This document shows positions 19,710 through 29,848 of a DNA stretch of 64,000 bases, piece after piece. Every line of letters starts with the position of its first letter. The stretch's first letter is position 1. This stretch comes from Candidatus Omnitrophota bacterium (GTDB taxonomy: Bacteria > Omnitrophota > Gorgyraeia > Zapsychrales > Fredricksoniimonadaceae): the NCBI GenBank assembly GCA_903860135.1, contig CAIOPG010000002.1, positions 1,192 through 65,191 on the forward strand, given 5' to 3'. The translations under genes were made by a program, and so were the position numbers. The notes under the pieces are model-generated. The model saw only the letters and a program-made list of their open reading frames with translations, was not told where the DNA came from and searched no databases.

Positions 19710-22700
19710 ATGCATCGAAATTCTATTTTAACCCGCATCTATGCCATGATCACGGTATTTGCCTTTGGGGTGAATATGATCGGTCCCCTCTATGCGCAAT
19801 CCGGCCCATCATTCCTGCCGGACCCGGGGCATATGATCGCGTTAAGCCGCCCGTTTAATCCCTTGCTCCTCAAAGGGCTCAAGGTTTACCCGGACAATCC
19901 TTTCCGGTTTGAATTCATCCTCAATCCGGGCGATGCCAGCCTGGCAGGCCAGCCCCTGAAAGAAGCATCGGCACGCCTCATCAAATATTTCCTTGCCAGC
20001 CTCACGATCCCTGAAAAAGACCTTTGGGTTAACCTGTCTCCGTACGAAAAAAACCGCATCGTCCCCGAAACTTTCGGGCAAACCGAAATGGGGCGCGACT
20101 TGCTGGCGCAGGATTATCTCCTGAAACAGATAACCGCCTCGGCCATTTATCCGGAAAGCGACCTTGGCCAGCAATTCTGGCATAAAGTCTATGCCCAGGC
20201 ACAGCAAAAATACGGCACAACAGATATCCCGATCGACACCTTCAATAAAGTCTGGATCGTCCCCGCCAAAGCGGCCCTGTACGAAAATGCCGCCGCCGGC
20301 ACAGCCTACATAACGGGATCAAGTCTCAAGGTCATGCTGGAATCAGATTATAAGGCGATCACAGAGAATGAGTCATTCGCACGTAGGGGCGGGTCCGTGA
20401 CCCGCCCTCTTTTATCGGATACGCCAACACCTCAAGGCGTCGACCGCATGTCATCCGATATCGCCAAGAACGTCCTCCGCGAGTTCATCATCCCCGCGCT
20501 CGAGAAAGAAGTGAATACAGGAGAAAACTTTGCCCAACTGCGGCAGATCTATCAAGCCCTGATCCTGGCTACATGGTACAAACAAAAAGTAAAAAATTCT
20601 CTCCTGTCACGCGTTTATGTTGACCGGCATAAAATTACAGGCGTCCGTATCCCTGACCCCCGGGAATCCGAGAAAATCTGGAGCCGTTACGTCGAGGCAT
20701 TCCAACAGGGCGTGTTTAACTATATCCAGGAAACCCGGGATCCGGCAACAATGGAAACGATCCCCAGAAAATTCTTCGCCGGCGGGGTTGACGCGTCCGC
20801 CATCTCCACCATCATCGATGCCAGCGGATCGATCGCGCCTTCAGATGCCGCAGGGAACAACACCACGTTAAGCATTTTATTGGTTAAAACCAAGGATAAT
20901 GCCAGTCATGAACAGCAGGCACAATCTCTTTATGAAAGCATATGGCCGTCCCTCGTGCCCTGGGAAAAACTGCCGGCCATCAGCCAGAAAGTTTTTGAAT
21001 GGAGCCGGGGGAAGAACGATTGGGAACAATTATTAAAACTCCGATATTTCCATCCCAGATCATTTCTCCTGAGCCACCTCCCTGCTCTTGCAAGTTTTTT
21101 GGGATCACAACAGGATTGGATTAATCTCTATCCTTTTATAAAACACATTGCCTCTTTCGATGAACACAACCAGGATGTCTTATACAATAAAACACTGCCA
21201 GCCCTCTACGCTTGCTTCAAGGATCGCTTGCCGATCGAACAGATCCTTGTTATTGCCGGCTTATTAAAAAACGAAATCCCCTCTCAAGAGATTGAAGTAT
21301 TCATCAACACGTTCATGAAGCCTCATCTTGAAACAACACCCCTGAGCGTAGAAGATTTTATCGCTGAATCAAACCGACTTTTAGAATGGAACCAGTACCG
21401 GAGTATAAACAATTTTTATCCATTTATAGGAAGTGCCCTGTCCAAGGATGATATAACACCATTGCTGGCATCATCCCAAATATCAGAACCTGACAAATTC
21501 AAGCTGTTGACCGGTTTTTGCGTCACGCATCCTGAAGCGGCCGCCCAGGATATGTTGACATATTTCAATCAATTCAAGTCCGGGATCACTTTATCCCAGG
21601 CCTCCTGGCTTATACTTGCTTTCGGGAAAATAAAGACACCTGTCATATTGCCCTATATGATAAATCTCTGGAATAAATCCGATGACGACAATGACTATGA
21701 GAACGGCAAAATAATATTCTTATCAACCATAAAATATTGGCCCAGGAACCTTATTACTGCTCTCCTAAAGTCAGACGACATTCCGCCTTCCTTCGCTCTA
21801 GAGATGATGGCTACCGAGGCAGATAAACAATCTTTACAAGATGCCCCCAACGATCTTTGCCGCACCCTCTTTAAAATATCTTCTTATCAAGAGATCATCA
21901 AAAGCCTCAGAATACTTAATAGAATACCTGACGCCCTCATCTTAACCCCCTTGATAGATCGCCTTTTTCAATCGATGACCACGAGCATCCAGTTGTCTCT
22001 AGACCATGGCATCGGTGCAGAAGGATCAACAATTAACATTGCTAATTTGAAATCCATCGGCACTTTCCTGCACTTTTTCATCACCAACGCCCCTAACCTC
22101 GCCTATAATTGCAAATCATCCCTGACCCGCCTGATCCGCCGATTGCCTATAGGTAACCGGCAGATCAAGCGCGTGAAGGATATTGCTGACCAGCTGGTGG
22201 ACGCCGTCGGGGGCCGACGGCTTATCCTTGAGGGGGGGGCACATTTTATCGTAGACCTGCGCGACGAGATTCATAAGCACATCAACTTTCTGACCGTGTT
22301 CAAGGTCAAAGCCTACGCCCATTATCTATCGACAGGCGATCAAACCATGCTCCGAGCCATGGAAGTCACGATCGATGACGAAGCTCCATTCAGCAAGCTG
22401 TCCCTAATGCAAACTAATCGCATAACAAATGTAGAAACCATCCTCAACGAGCTTATAGAGAAAATGAATATCATTTTTAACGGCGGTGGGACAAATTCCA
22501 AAGAAGTAATCGTTAACTACAATCTTTCCATCCATCCCCTTAACATCGCATTACGGAACAGCTTTGATGCTGTATTGACCACATCCGAAACCCTCGACAC
22601 TCTTCTGTCCCAACCGTTAAACAACGACAGCCTTGTTGAAGGCTTGCGACTCATGACGCAACTGAAAGAATCCCTCGCCACCTTAAGAGCAGATGAACGC

Positions 22701-24845
22701 TACCGGGATGAACAACTGTTATTCCTCCTGCTCGACGTTGAACTCGAGACCTACCTTTATCGCCTGCTGGCCAAAATACCGCCGGAACAAGAGATGACGA
22801 TCCCCACCCTGCTGGCCATTCTTCATCCGGTCATCGGCCTGGCCCGGGAGAGTTTCAATATTCAAGCACAGGAAGAACTGGGCGTGATCAGCGATGAATT
22901 ACGGCAGATCATCGACGCTGAAAAAACCCCGGGGTCAACCGTCAACGGCTCTCCCCTGCGTGTATTTGCCATTGTCGAGCGCCTCCTGCGGCGGATCCGG
23001 CAGTTCAGCCAGGAAACCAGCGCGGTCTACCAGCCTATCGTCAACGACCAAACCCGAGGCCAAAATATCTTCGAAAAGGAAAAAATTGATGACGTTACGG
23101 CTGATCTTATCCGCGTGGAAAATCCTTATCAGCTTTCGCTGGTCGCGCAACAGCTCGAAGCTGTCCTTGCCCGGGAACTTCACCTGTCCTGGCTGGTGGC
23201 TCGTCCGGGAACAGGCCAGGGGCAGTTGATCCATGTGAAAGAATCTGACAATCTCCAGCAGGTGATCGACCAGTTGACCCAACCTGCCATCCTGATCGCG
23301 GAACGTATCCCGAATAATATCCTGCTAAACCCCTATGTCCGCGGCTATGTGACGCGCGAAGAACAGGGGGTCCTGTCGCATCCCGCCATACGTTCCGACA
23401 ACAATGCGCCGGTGGTCCTTGTCCAGGCGATCGGCAGTAAATACACGGAACTGATCGCCACAGCCGAGGCATCGCCGGATGCATTCTTCCAGATAACCGC
23501 CGCCGATAACGAGGTTGCTATCAACAAGATTGATACACTTGATCCAATGACGACCACCGCCCCCCAGGCCGCTATCCCCGTCGAGGCTGATCTCAGCATC
23601 AGGGGTCTGATCACTGATATTAATGCCTATACGCCGGAAACTGTCGGCAACAAAGGCTACAGCTTAAAACGCTTGCACGATGCCATCGAACGCCTGAAAG
23701 CCGCTGGTCTGATTCCCCAGAACTTCATTCTTTCGGTCCCCCAGAGCATTGCCTTGCCCTTTGGCTATTTTGAAGCGATCCTCGATGCCAATGGCGCCAT
23801 GGGCCAGCAGATCCGTACCTTACGGGAGCAGTTGAAGGCTCCCCCCGATGAGAATGACACCAAAGGCATCCTGATCCAGCTTGAACAACTGATCCTGCAA
23901 CTTGATATCGATCCCGAAATGATTGACACGATCGCTCACATCATCGGTGCTTCCATGGTGCGGTTGTGCCCCACGGTCGATGATCTTTCCAGGAATGCCG
24001 CCGCCGGTGTCTATGGCTCATTTGAACACGTGGCACGCGCTCAATTGGGCGACCATATCCGACGTGGCTACGCATCGTTATACACCCTCACGGCCTTCAT
24101 GGACAGGCGCCAGCATCAGATAGAGGAAGATAACGTTCACGCCGCGATGATTTTCCAGATCATGGCAACAGGCAATGCTTTTGTGGCTTTCAGCCAGGAC
24201 CCTACCCTTCAAAATGAAACGGATCGGCGGAACGCCATGCTGTTGGAAATGATCCCCGGGCTGGGCAAGACGCTCATGTCCGGCGAACCCGAATTCCAGG
24301 GATCCCCCCACCGCTTCAGATACTCCGTCAGCGCAGGCAATGCCCAGCGCCTGGCGTATGCCAACAAGAGCTACCGCCTTGTCGTCGACGCTGGGGTCTT
24401 GCAGGTGCGTTTGAATGATTACCGGCAGGATCCTTTAAGCCAGGAAGAAAATCCTTCATGGATCAAGGATCTGTTTGCGCTTCTTCGGGATATAACGGGC
24501 GATGCGACCATCGGCCGTGATATGGAAGGCTCCGTTGAGTTCAAAGACGGGATCTACTATGTGTTTCTACTGCAGGACCGTGACAATATAAAGTTCAATA
24601 CGACCAATACCGCCGGACAAACCGGAAAAGACGCCAAACGCTCCACCGCCAACCCGGAATATACAGGCGGTATTGACCTAAGGGCCCCGGCGTTAACACT
24701 CAACAAGAGCACCGTGCATTTTCAGTTTTCCCCCGATCAACTCGCCGCCTTCGAAAGCGCCCCCGGCCTGCGCCCCGTGATCCTCAAAGCCAGCCCGATC
24801 AAGGATCTGAAACTCTTCTTATCAACCCCCGCTGTTTCCAGATGA
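19710..24845 (+). CDS. Giant exported multidomain protein 1 (1711 aa): conserved N-terminal domain of unknown function, AT-rich variable core, PEP-utilizer phosphohistidine domain plus PPDK_N-type nucleotide-binding domain, conserved C-terminal tail
   Basis: Single uninterrupted ORF. Predicted signal peptide ...MIGPLYA|QS. The N-terminal ~330 aa are ~55-60% identical to the N-terminus of ORF 43155..47735. The C-terminal TGGIDL...APGLRPVI...DLKLFL tail is shared with that ORF. Confidence 0.8.
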   Translation: MHRNSILTRIYAMITVFAFGVNMIGPLYAQSGPSFLPDPGHMIALSRPFNPLLLKGLKVYPDNPFRFEFILNPGDASLAGQPLKEASARLIKYFLASLTIPEKDLWVNLSPYEKNRIVPETFGQTEMGRDLLAQDYLLKQITASAIYPESDLGQQFWHKVYAQAQQKYGTTDIPIDTFNKVWIVPAKAALYENAAAGTAYITGSSLKVMLESDYKAITENESFARRGGSVTRPLLSDTPTPQGVDRMSSDIAKNVLREFIIPALEKEVNTGENFAQLRQIYQALILATWYKQKVKNSLLSRVYVDRHKITGVRIPDPRESEKIWSRYVEAFQQGVFNYIQETRDPATMETIPRKFFAGGVDASAISTIIDASGSIAPSDAAGNNTTLSILLVKTKDNASHEQQAQSLYESIWPSLVPWEKLPAISQKVFEWSRGKNDWEQLLKLRYFHPRSFLLSHLPALASFLGSQQDWINLYPFIKHIASFDEHNQDVLYNKTLPALYACFKDRLPIEQILVIAGLLKNEIPSQEIEVFINTFMKPHLETTPLSVEDFIAESNRLLEWNQYRSINNFYPFIGSALSKDDITPLLASSQISEPDKFKLLTGFCVTHPEAAAQDMLTYFNQFKSGITLSQASWLILAFGKIKTPVILPYMINLWNKSDDDNDYENGKIIFLSTIKYWPRNLITALLKSDDIPPSFALEMMATEADKQSLQDAPNDLCRTLFKISSYQEIIKSLRILNRIPDALILTPLIDRLFQSMTTSIQLSLDHGIGAEGSTINIANLKSIGTFLHFFITNAPNLAYNCKSSLTRLIRRLPIGNRQIKRVKDIADQLVDAVGGRRLILEGGAHFIVDLRDEIHKHINFLTVFKVKAYAHYLSTGDQTMLRAMEVTIDDEAPFSKLSLMQTNRITNVETILNELIEKMNIIFNGGGTNSKEVIVNYNLSIHPLNIALRNSFDAVLTTSETLDTLLSQPLNNDSLVEGLRLMTQLKESLATLRADERYRDEQLLFLLLDVELETYLYRLLAKIPPEQEMTIPTLLAILHPVIGLARESFNIQAQEELGVISDELRQIIDAEKTPGSTVNGSPLRVFAIVERLLRRIRQFSQETSAVYQPIVNDQTRGQNIFEKEKIDDVTADLIRVENPYQLSLVAQQLEAVLARELHLSWLVARPGTGQGQLIHVKESDNLQQVIDQLTQPAILIAERIPNNILLNPYVRGYVTREEQGVLSHPAIRSDNNAPVVLVQAIGSKYTELIATAEASPDAFFQITAADNEVAINKIDTLDPMTTTAPQAAIPVEADLSIRGLITDINAYTPETVGNKGYSLKRLHDAIERLKAAGLIPQNFILSVPQSIALPFGYFEAILDANGAMGQQIRTLREQLKAPPDENDTKGILIQLEQLILQLDIDPEMIDTIAHIIGASMVRLCPTVDDLSRNAAAGVYGSFEHVARAQLGDHIRRGYASLYTLTAFMDRRQHQIEEDNVHAAMIFQIMATGNAFVAFSQDPTLQNETDRRNAMLLEMIPGLGKTLMSGEPEFQGSPHRFRYSVSAGNAQRLAYANKSYRLVVDAGVLQVRLNDYRQDPLSQEENPSWIKDLFALLRDITGDATIGRDMEGSVEFKDGIYYVFLLQDRDNIKFNTTNTAGQTGKDAKRSTANPEYTGGIDLRAPALTLNKSTVHFQFSPDQLAAFESAPGLRPVILKASPIKDLKLFLSTPAVSR
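23290..23520 (+). other. PEP-utilizing-enzyme mobile (phosphohistidine) domain within giant protein 1
   Basis: VARPGTGQGQLIHV...PAILIAERIPNNILLNPYVRGYVTREEQGVLSHPAIRSDNNAPVVLV aligns to the consensus G.VTe.GG.TSHAAI.ARE.GIPAVVG. The predicted catalytic His is in LSHPAI. Confidence 0.7.
23620..24580 (+). other. PPDK_N / PEP-synthase-type ATP(nucleotide)-binding domain within giant protein 1
   Basis: ETVGNKGYSLKRL (cf. LGGKNASLGEM), IPQNFILS (cf. VPNGFATT), VRLCPTVDDLSRNAAAGVYGSF (cf. VRSSATAEDMPDASFAGQQETF), AFVAFSQDP...LLEMIPGLGKTLMSGE (cf. GVMFSRDP...IEAAWGLGEAVVSG). Confidence 0.75.
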
Positions 24846-27800
24846 AATAGATCACCGGATACACCAATAATTCGAGAATGAAACTGCTGAAGATCCCGCC
24901 GATCATGGGGGCGGCGATGCGTTTCATGACATCGGCGCCGGCGCCTGTGGACCACATGATGGGGACAAGGCCCATGAACATGGCGGCAACCGTCATCAGT
25001 TTCGGGCGGACACGTTTGACCGCGCCATGGACAATGGCTTCCGTTAAGTCTTCCCGGGTTTTCATTTTCCCCTGACGCACGGCATCGTCATAGGCCATAT
25101 CGAGAAAAAGGAGCATGAAGACCCCTGTTTCAGCGTCAAGCCCCATCAGCGCGATCATGCCCACCCAGACGGCGATCGACATATTGTACCCCAGCAGCCA
25201 CAACAGCCAGACAGCCCCCACCAGAGAAAACGGCACGGCCAGCATGACGATGCCAGCCTTGACCGGTGAACGGGTGTTCATATACAAAAGGATGAAAATA
25301 AGAAAGATCGTCAGCGGCAATACCACACGCATCCGCTCGCGCACGCGCAGCATATTCTCAAACTGGCCGCTCCACTGCAGGGAATACCCCGTCGGCACCT
25401 TCAACTGCGCCTCAACGGCCTTCCTGGCTTCCGCGACAAAACTGCCCACATCACGTCCGGCAATGTCCACATAAACATACCCCGCCAGCATGCCGTTCTC
25501 ATCCCGGATCATGGCCGGCCCCGTGGTAAGGTTGATCGTCGCCAGCTGTTCAAGCGGCACATGGGCACCCGAAGGCGTCGGCACGAGGACGCGGCGCAGT
25601 TGGGGCAAATCGTCGCGGAAGTCGCGGGCATAACGGACATTCACCGTATAGCGTTCCCGGCCTTCAATCGTCGTGGTCACGGTTTCCCCGCCGATCGCCG
25701 ACACAATGACATCCTCAACATCCTTGACAGACAAACCATACGGCGCCAAGGCCAGACGCTTGATATCAAAATCAATGAAATACCCGCCGGTCACGCGCTC
25801 GGCGTAAACACTGCGCGCCCCCTTGATCCCCTTGACAATACCTTCAACTGCGATCCCGACCTTCTCGATCTGCGCCAGGTCCGCGCCATAGACCTTGATC
25901 CCGACCGGCGTCCTGATGCCCGTCGATAACATGTCGATCCTGGCTTTGATGGGCATGGTCCACGCATTGGACACCCCCGGGAACTGCATCTTTTTGTCGA
26001 GGTCGGCGATCACGTCTTCCCAGGAGATCCGGTCAGGCCAGATCGCACGGAAAGGCATCTGCAGAAAACCAGGCAACGCGGAATACCAGCGCGGTACATG
26101 CCGCCATTCACTTTCTGGCTTTAAAATGATCGTTGTTTCCATCATGGAAAACGGTGCCGGGTCCGTCGATGTTTCCGCCCGTCCGGCCTTGCCGAACACA
26201 CGCTCCACTTCAGGCACCGTTTTGATCACCTTGTCCATCTGCTGTAACAGCTCCCCCGCCCCGGTCACGGACAAACCCGGCAAGGTGGTCGGCATATAAA
26301 GGATAGCCCCTTCATTGAGCGGCGGCATGAACTCCGACCCCAGGCGCATGAAAACCGGGATCGTCGACAGCACTAGGATGCCCGCCGCGATCAAGGTCTG
26401 TTTCCGGTACTTCAGGACAAAACGGCATACCGGTTCATAATACTTGAAAAGCACCCGGCTGACAGGATGCTTTTCTTCCGCATAATATTTCCCGACAAAA
26501 AGGCTATTGAACGCCGCAGATATCCAGACAGGCTTAAAACAAATCGGATCAAGGCGCGTGAAAAACATCCGCATCGCCGGATTGAGCGTTACAGCGAGGA
26601 TCGCGGCTATGGCCATGGCAAAATTCTTGCTGAACGCCAGCGGCCTAAAAAGCCGCCCTTCCTGATCGAGCAAGGTGAACACAGGCAAAAACGCCACCGC
26701 GATCACCAGCAGTGAAAAAAATACCGACGGCCCAACCTCTTTCAGGGCCTTAAGGAGGACATCACGGTAATCCCCCTGACGCCCCCCCGCATCCCACAAT
26801 TGAAGTTTCTTGTACGCATTCTCGACTTCGATGATAGCGCCATCAACGAGCACCCCGATCGAGATCGCGATCCCGGCCAGCGACATGATATTGGATGTCA
26901 GTTTCATCATGAGCATCGGGATAAAACTGAGGAGCACCGCGATGGGGATCGTGATAATGGGAACACTGGCTGAAGGGAAATGCCACAGGAAGAAAATGAT
27001 GACCAGCGCCACAATGATCATTTCCTCGATCAACTGATGCTTGAGCGTATCAATGGCGCGATGGATCAGATCCGAACGGTCATACGTCGTCACCAGCTCA
27101 ACGCCCGGCGGCAGGGACGCCTTGACGTCCTTCAACTTTTCTTTAACCCGCTCAATGACATTCAGGGCATTTTCGCCTGAACGCATGAGCACAATGCCGC
27201 CCACGGTATCGCCTTCCCCATCCAGATCAGCGATCCCCCGCCGCATCTCCGGGCCGATCACCACCGACGCCACATTTTTAACAAGGATCGGCGTCCCCTG
27301 GGCATCATTGCCGATCACAATATCCTCAATATCCTTGACCGACTTGATATATCCCCGCCCGCGCACCATATACTCTGTGCCCGCCAGCTCAATGAGGCGC
27401 CCCCCCACATCGTTATTGCTGTTACGGACCGCATCAATGACACGCGTGAGCGGCATATTGTACGCCAAGAGCGCGTTAGGCTTCACGTTCACCTGATACT
27501 GCTTCTGAAACCCGCCCACCGACGCCACCTCGGCCACCCCCGGCACCGCCTGCAGCCAGTACCGCAGATACCAATCCTGGAACGAACGCAACTGCGCGAG
27601 GTCATTCTTCCCCGACTTATCGACGAGCGCATATTGATACACCCAGCCCACAGATGTCGCGTCAGGGCCGATCTCTGTCTTGACACCTTCGGGCAATCGC
27701 GGCAGTACCTTGTTCAGGTACTCGAGCGTCCGGCTGCGTGCCCAATAAATATCCGTGCCATCCTTGAAAATAATATAAACAAAAGAATAGCCGAAGTCCG

Positions 27801-28053
27801 AGAAGCCACGGATCGATTTCACATCCGGCGCCCCCAGGAGGGCCGTCACAACAGGATAGGTGACCTGATCCTCAATGATATCCGGCGAGCGATCCCAGCG
27901 GGAATAAACAATGACCTGCGTATCCGAAAGATCCGGGATAGCATCGAGCGGAATATTCCTGATACTGTACACAGCCCCCAATATAGCCGCCAGCGTCAGG
28001 ATCATGACGATATATTTATTTTTCGCCGAGAATTCTATGATTTTCTCGATCAT
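24799..28053 (-). CDS. cusA: Heavy-metal efflux RND pump, CusA/CzcA family
   Basis: 1084 aa, 12-TM RND. MIEKIIEFSAKNKYIVMILTLAAILG...IPLDAIPDLSDTQVIVYSRW... matches the CusA N-terminus. Its 3' end overlaps the 3' end of giant gene 1 (convergent). Confidence 0.9.
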   Translation of the reverse strand: MIEKIIEFSAKNKYIVMILTLAAILGAVYSIRNIPLDAIPDLSDTQVIVYSRWDRSPDIIEDQVTYPVVTALLGAPDVKSIRGFSDFGYSFVYIIFKDGTDIYWARSRTLEYLNKVLPRLPEGVKTEIGPDATSVGWVYQYALVDKSGKNDLAQLRSFQDWYLRYWLQAVPGVAEVASVGGFQKQYQVNVKPNALLAYNMPLTRVIDAVRNSNNDVGGRLIELAGTEYMVRGRGYIKSVKDIEDIVIGNDAQGTPILVKNVASVVIGPEMRRGIADLDGEGDTVGGIVLMRSGENALNVIERVKEKLKDVKASLPPGVELVTTYDRSDLIHRAIDTLKHQLIEEMIIVALVIIFFLWHFPSASVPIITIPIAVLLSFIPMLMMKLTSNIMSLAGIAISIGVLVDGAIIEVENAYKKLQLWDAGGRQGDYRDVLLKALKEVGPSVFFSLLVIAVAFLPVFTLLDQEGRLFRPLAFSKNFAMAIAAILAVTLNPAMRMFFTRLDPICFKPVWISAAFNSLFVGKYYAEEKHPVSRVLFKYYEPVCRFVLKYRKQTLIAAGILVLSTIPVFMRLGSEFMPPLNEGAILYMPTTLPGLSVTGAGELLQQMDKVIKTVPEVERVFGKAGRAETSTDPAPFSMMETTIILKPESEWRHVPRWYSALPGFLQMPFRAIWPDRISWEDVIADLDKKMQFPGVSNAWTMPIKARIDMLSTGIRTPVGIKVYGADLAQIEKVGIAVEGIVKGIKGARSVYAERVTGGYFIDFDIKRLALAPYGLSVKDVEDVIVSAIGGETVTTTIEGRERYTVNVRYARDFRDDLPQLRRVLVPTPSGAHVPLEQLATINLTTGPAMIRDENGMLAGYVYVDIAGRDVGSFVAEARKAVEAQLKVPTGYSLQWSGQFENMLRVRERMRVVLPLTIFLIFILLYMNTRSPVKAGIVMLAVPFSLVGAVWLLWLLGYNMSIAVWVGMIALMGLDAETGVFMLLFLDMAYDDAVRQGKMKTREDLTEAIVHGAVKRVRPKLMTVAAMFMGLVPIMWSTGAGADVMKRIAAPMIGGIFSSFILELLVYPVIYFIWKQRGLIRRVSDP

Positions 28054-28154
28054 AAAATATTACTCCAAAATATATTATCGATCCAAAAGAACATCCTACA
28101 CTTCACTCTTTATATACAAGTACGCATTAGAAGCTGTAAGCATGCCTCGGCTAA

Positions 28155-29024
28155 CTACATGGCATTCTTTAATTTACTCTCAGCATCGATCAGGAAATTG
28201 CCGCTTGTGGCAACTTCCTCGCCTTCTTCCAAGCCGGACACCACGGCATAAAATTCGCCGGCCCTGGGACCCAGGGTCACTGCCCGTGCCACAAAACGAT
28301 TGTCCTTCACAACATAAACGATCTTGCGCAGGCCCGAATCCATGACCGCCTCCGCCGGGACTGACAGTTTCTCACCGAGGTCGATCATGATCTTGGCGTT
28401 AACAAACATATCCGGCTTAAGCTTGCCCTTCTTGTCTTCCACATCCACCTTCACACGCATGGTGCGGCTTTGCGCATTGATGACAGGCCGTAAGGCGGCC
28501 ACCTTGCCCTTGAACACTTCTCCCGGATAAGCCACCGCATCAACCAGGACATCCTGCCCCTTGCGTACAAGCCCCAGCTCATATTCATACACCGCCATAT
28601 AGATCGACGTCCGACCGGCATTCCGCCACCGCGGCGAAGGCGTACCTATTTCCTTCAGATAATCAACCTGACCGGCAGCAAGATCCGGGTCATACGCCAC
28701 CTTGCCTGTCGTCACGATCTCCACCGCCAGCTTCTGGCGTGTTACCCGGCTCTTTTTTACCCCGATCAATTGCTGTCGGTCAGTATTGATCGCAACCCCA
28801 GCCGTCGGCTTATCGGAGGCATTAGGCTCCGCCTCTTTCTTCACCAGATCCATCCCGCAAATAGGGCATGACCCCTTGTGATCAGCGATGATCTGCGGAT
28901 GCATGGGGCACACATAAACCGCCTTCACCGCCTGCTGATCCGCCTTGTCCATGGCGAAGCCCTGCGACAGGGTCCCGCCACTGAACATTAAAACTAATAA
29001 CACATACAATAATCTTATATTCAT
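28155..29024 (-). CDS. cusB: RND efflux periplasmic adaptor (CusB-like) with N-terminal heavy-metal-binding domain
   Basis: Signal peptide. YVCPMHPQIIADHKGSCPICGMDLV is the HMBD/YHS-like motif of CusB-type adaptors. Membrane-fusion-protein beta-barrel and lipoyl-domain pattern. Confidence 0.8.
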   Translation of the reverse strand: MNIRLLYVLLVLMFSGGTLSQGFAMDKADQQAVKAVYVCPMHPQIIADHKGSCPICGMDLVKKEAEPNASDKPTAGVAINTDRQQLIGVKKSRVTRQKLAVEIVTTGKVAYDPDLAAGQVDYLKEIGTPSPRWRNAGRTSIYMAVYEYELGLVRKGQDVLVDAVAYPGEVFKGKVAALRPVINAQSRTMRVKVDVEDKKGKLKPDMFVNAKIMIDLGEKLSVPAEAVMDSGLRKIVYVVKDNRFVARAVTLGPRAGEFYAVVSGLEEGEEVATSGNFLIDAESKLKNAM

Positions 29025-29037
29025 AATCTCTCCTGGC

Positions 29038-29343
29038 TTAGCGCCCCATCGGCATATCTTTCATGGCCTTTTGGCTCGCTTCAACTTCCTGTGCCGCGAT
29101 CTTGCTGTACTTTTCGGGATCCGCCTTGAAACGCCCGATACACCCGCCGCAACAAAGGTTGTAACGTTTTCCTTTATACTCAAACGTCGCCGGCTCCATC
29201 CCTGAGGCCGGATTGATCTTCGCCCCGGATACAGGGCATACGGTATTCTCGACATTAACAACTTTTTCCGCCGCCCTCACGGACCCGCCTGCCAACAGCG
29301 CAACCCCTGCCAATATACCCAGCATAAGAATGATCGTTTTCAT
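29038..29343 (-). CDS. Secreted YHS-domain (copper-binding) protein
   Basis: Signal peptide. CPVSGAKI...FEYKGKRYNLCCGGCIGRFKADPEKY matches the YHS/TRASH pattern. Confidence 0.6.
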   Translation of the reverse strand: MKTIILMLGILAGVALLAGGSVRAAEKVVNVENTVCPVSGAKINPASGMEPATFEYKGKRYNLCCGGCIGRFKADPEKYSKIAAQEVEASQKAMKDMPMGR

Positions 29344-29458
29344 ACAGCCTCCATTTTCTCTATTTTTATGTCATCTGATTATCTCACAAAAAGACGCCCC
29401 GTCAGCATATCTTTCGCGAACAAAAGACAGCCCGGCAACACCGTGTATCAATGCAGGA

Positions 29459-29848
29459 TTATAAAAGGAGAGTGTGATACTGAAGATAAAACGGAAGAGC
29501 ATGCCTTGACCCTGGAGGCGCACCGCCATAAGCCGTGCTCAACCGGGCCACTTGAAACAACGGGTCAACACCAACAAGCACCGCATCCAAAGCCGAGCCA
29601 TGTGCCAAGAACACTACTGTTGCCGCACCAACCGCTTCGATCTCGGCAATACCGAATTTCTTGAACGAACACGTGCAGGGTTTGGCATCTTTTTCATCCG
29701 ATGCCTTGTCGCCATGACAGCACGATGCTGCGGCCGATCGCTTGACCGCGTGCGCCTGCGCCAGCTTTTCGATACAGCAACAAAACACCGCCGAAGCACC
29801 AACCGCGGCGATCAAGAAGACCACGATATAAGTTTTAAGGGATTTCAT
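29459..29848 (-). CDS. Small membrane-anchored Cys-rich protein (putative metal-binding), hypothetical
   Basis: N-terminal TM helix followed by CCC, CCH and CTC clusters. It lies inside the cus cluster. Coding status is uncertain. Confidence 0.3.
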   Translation of the reverse strand: MKSLKTYIVVFLIAAVGASAVFCCCIEKLAQAHAVKRSAAASCCHGDKASDEKDAKPCTCSFKKFGIAEIEAVGAATVVFLAHGSALDAVLVGVDPLFQVARLSTAYGGAPPGSRHALPFYLQYHTLLL

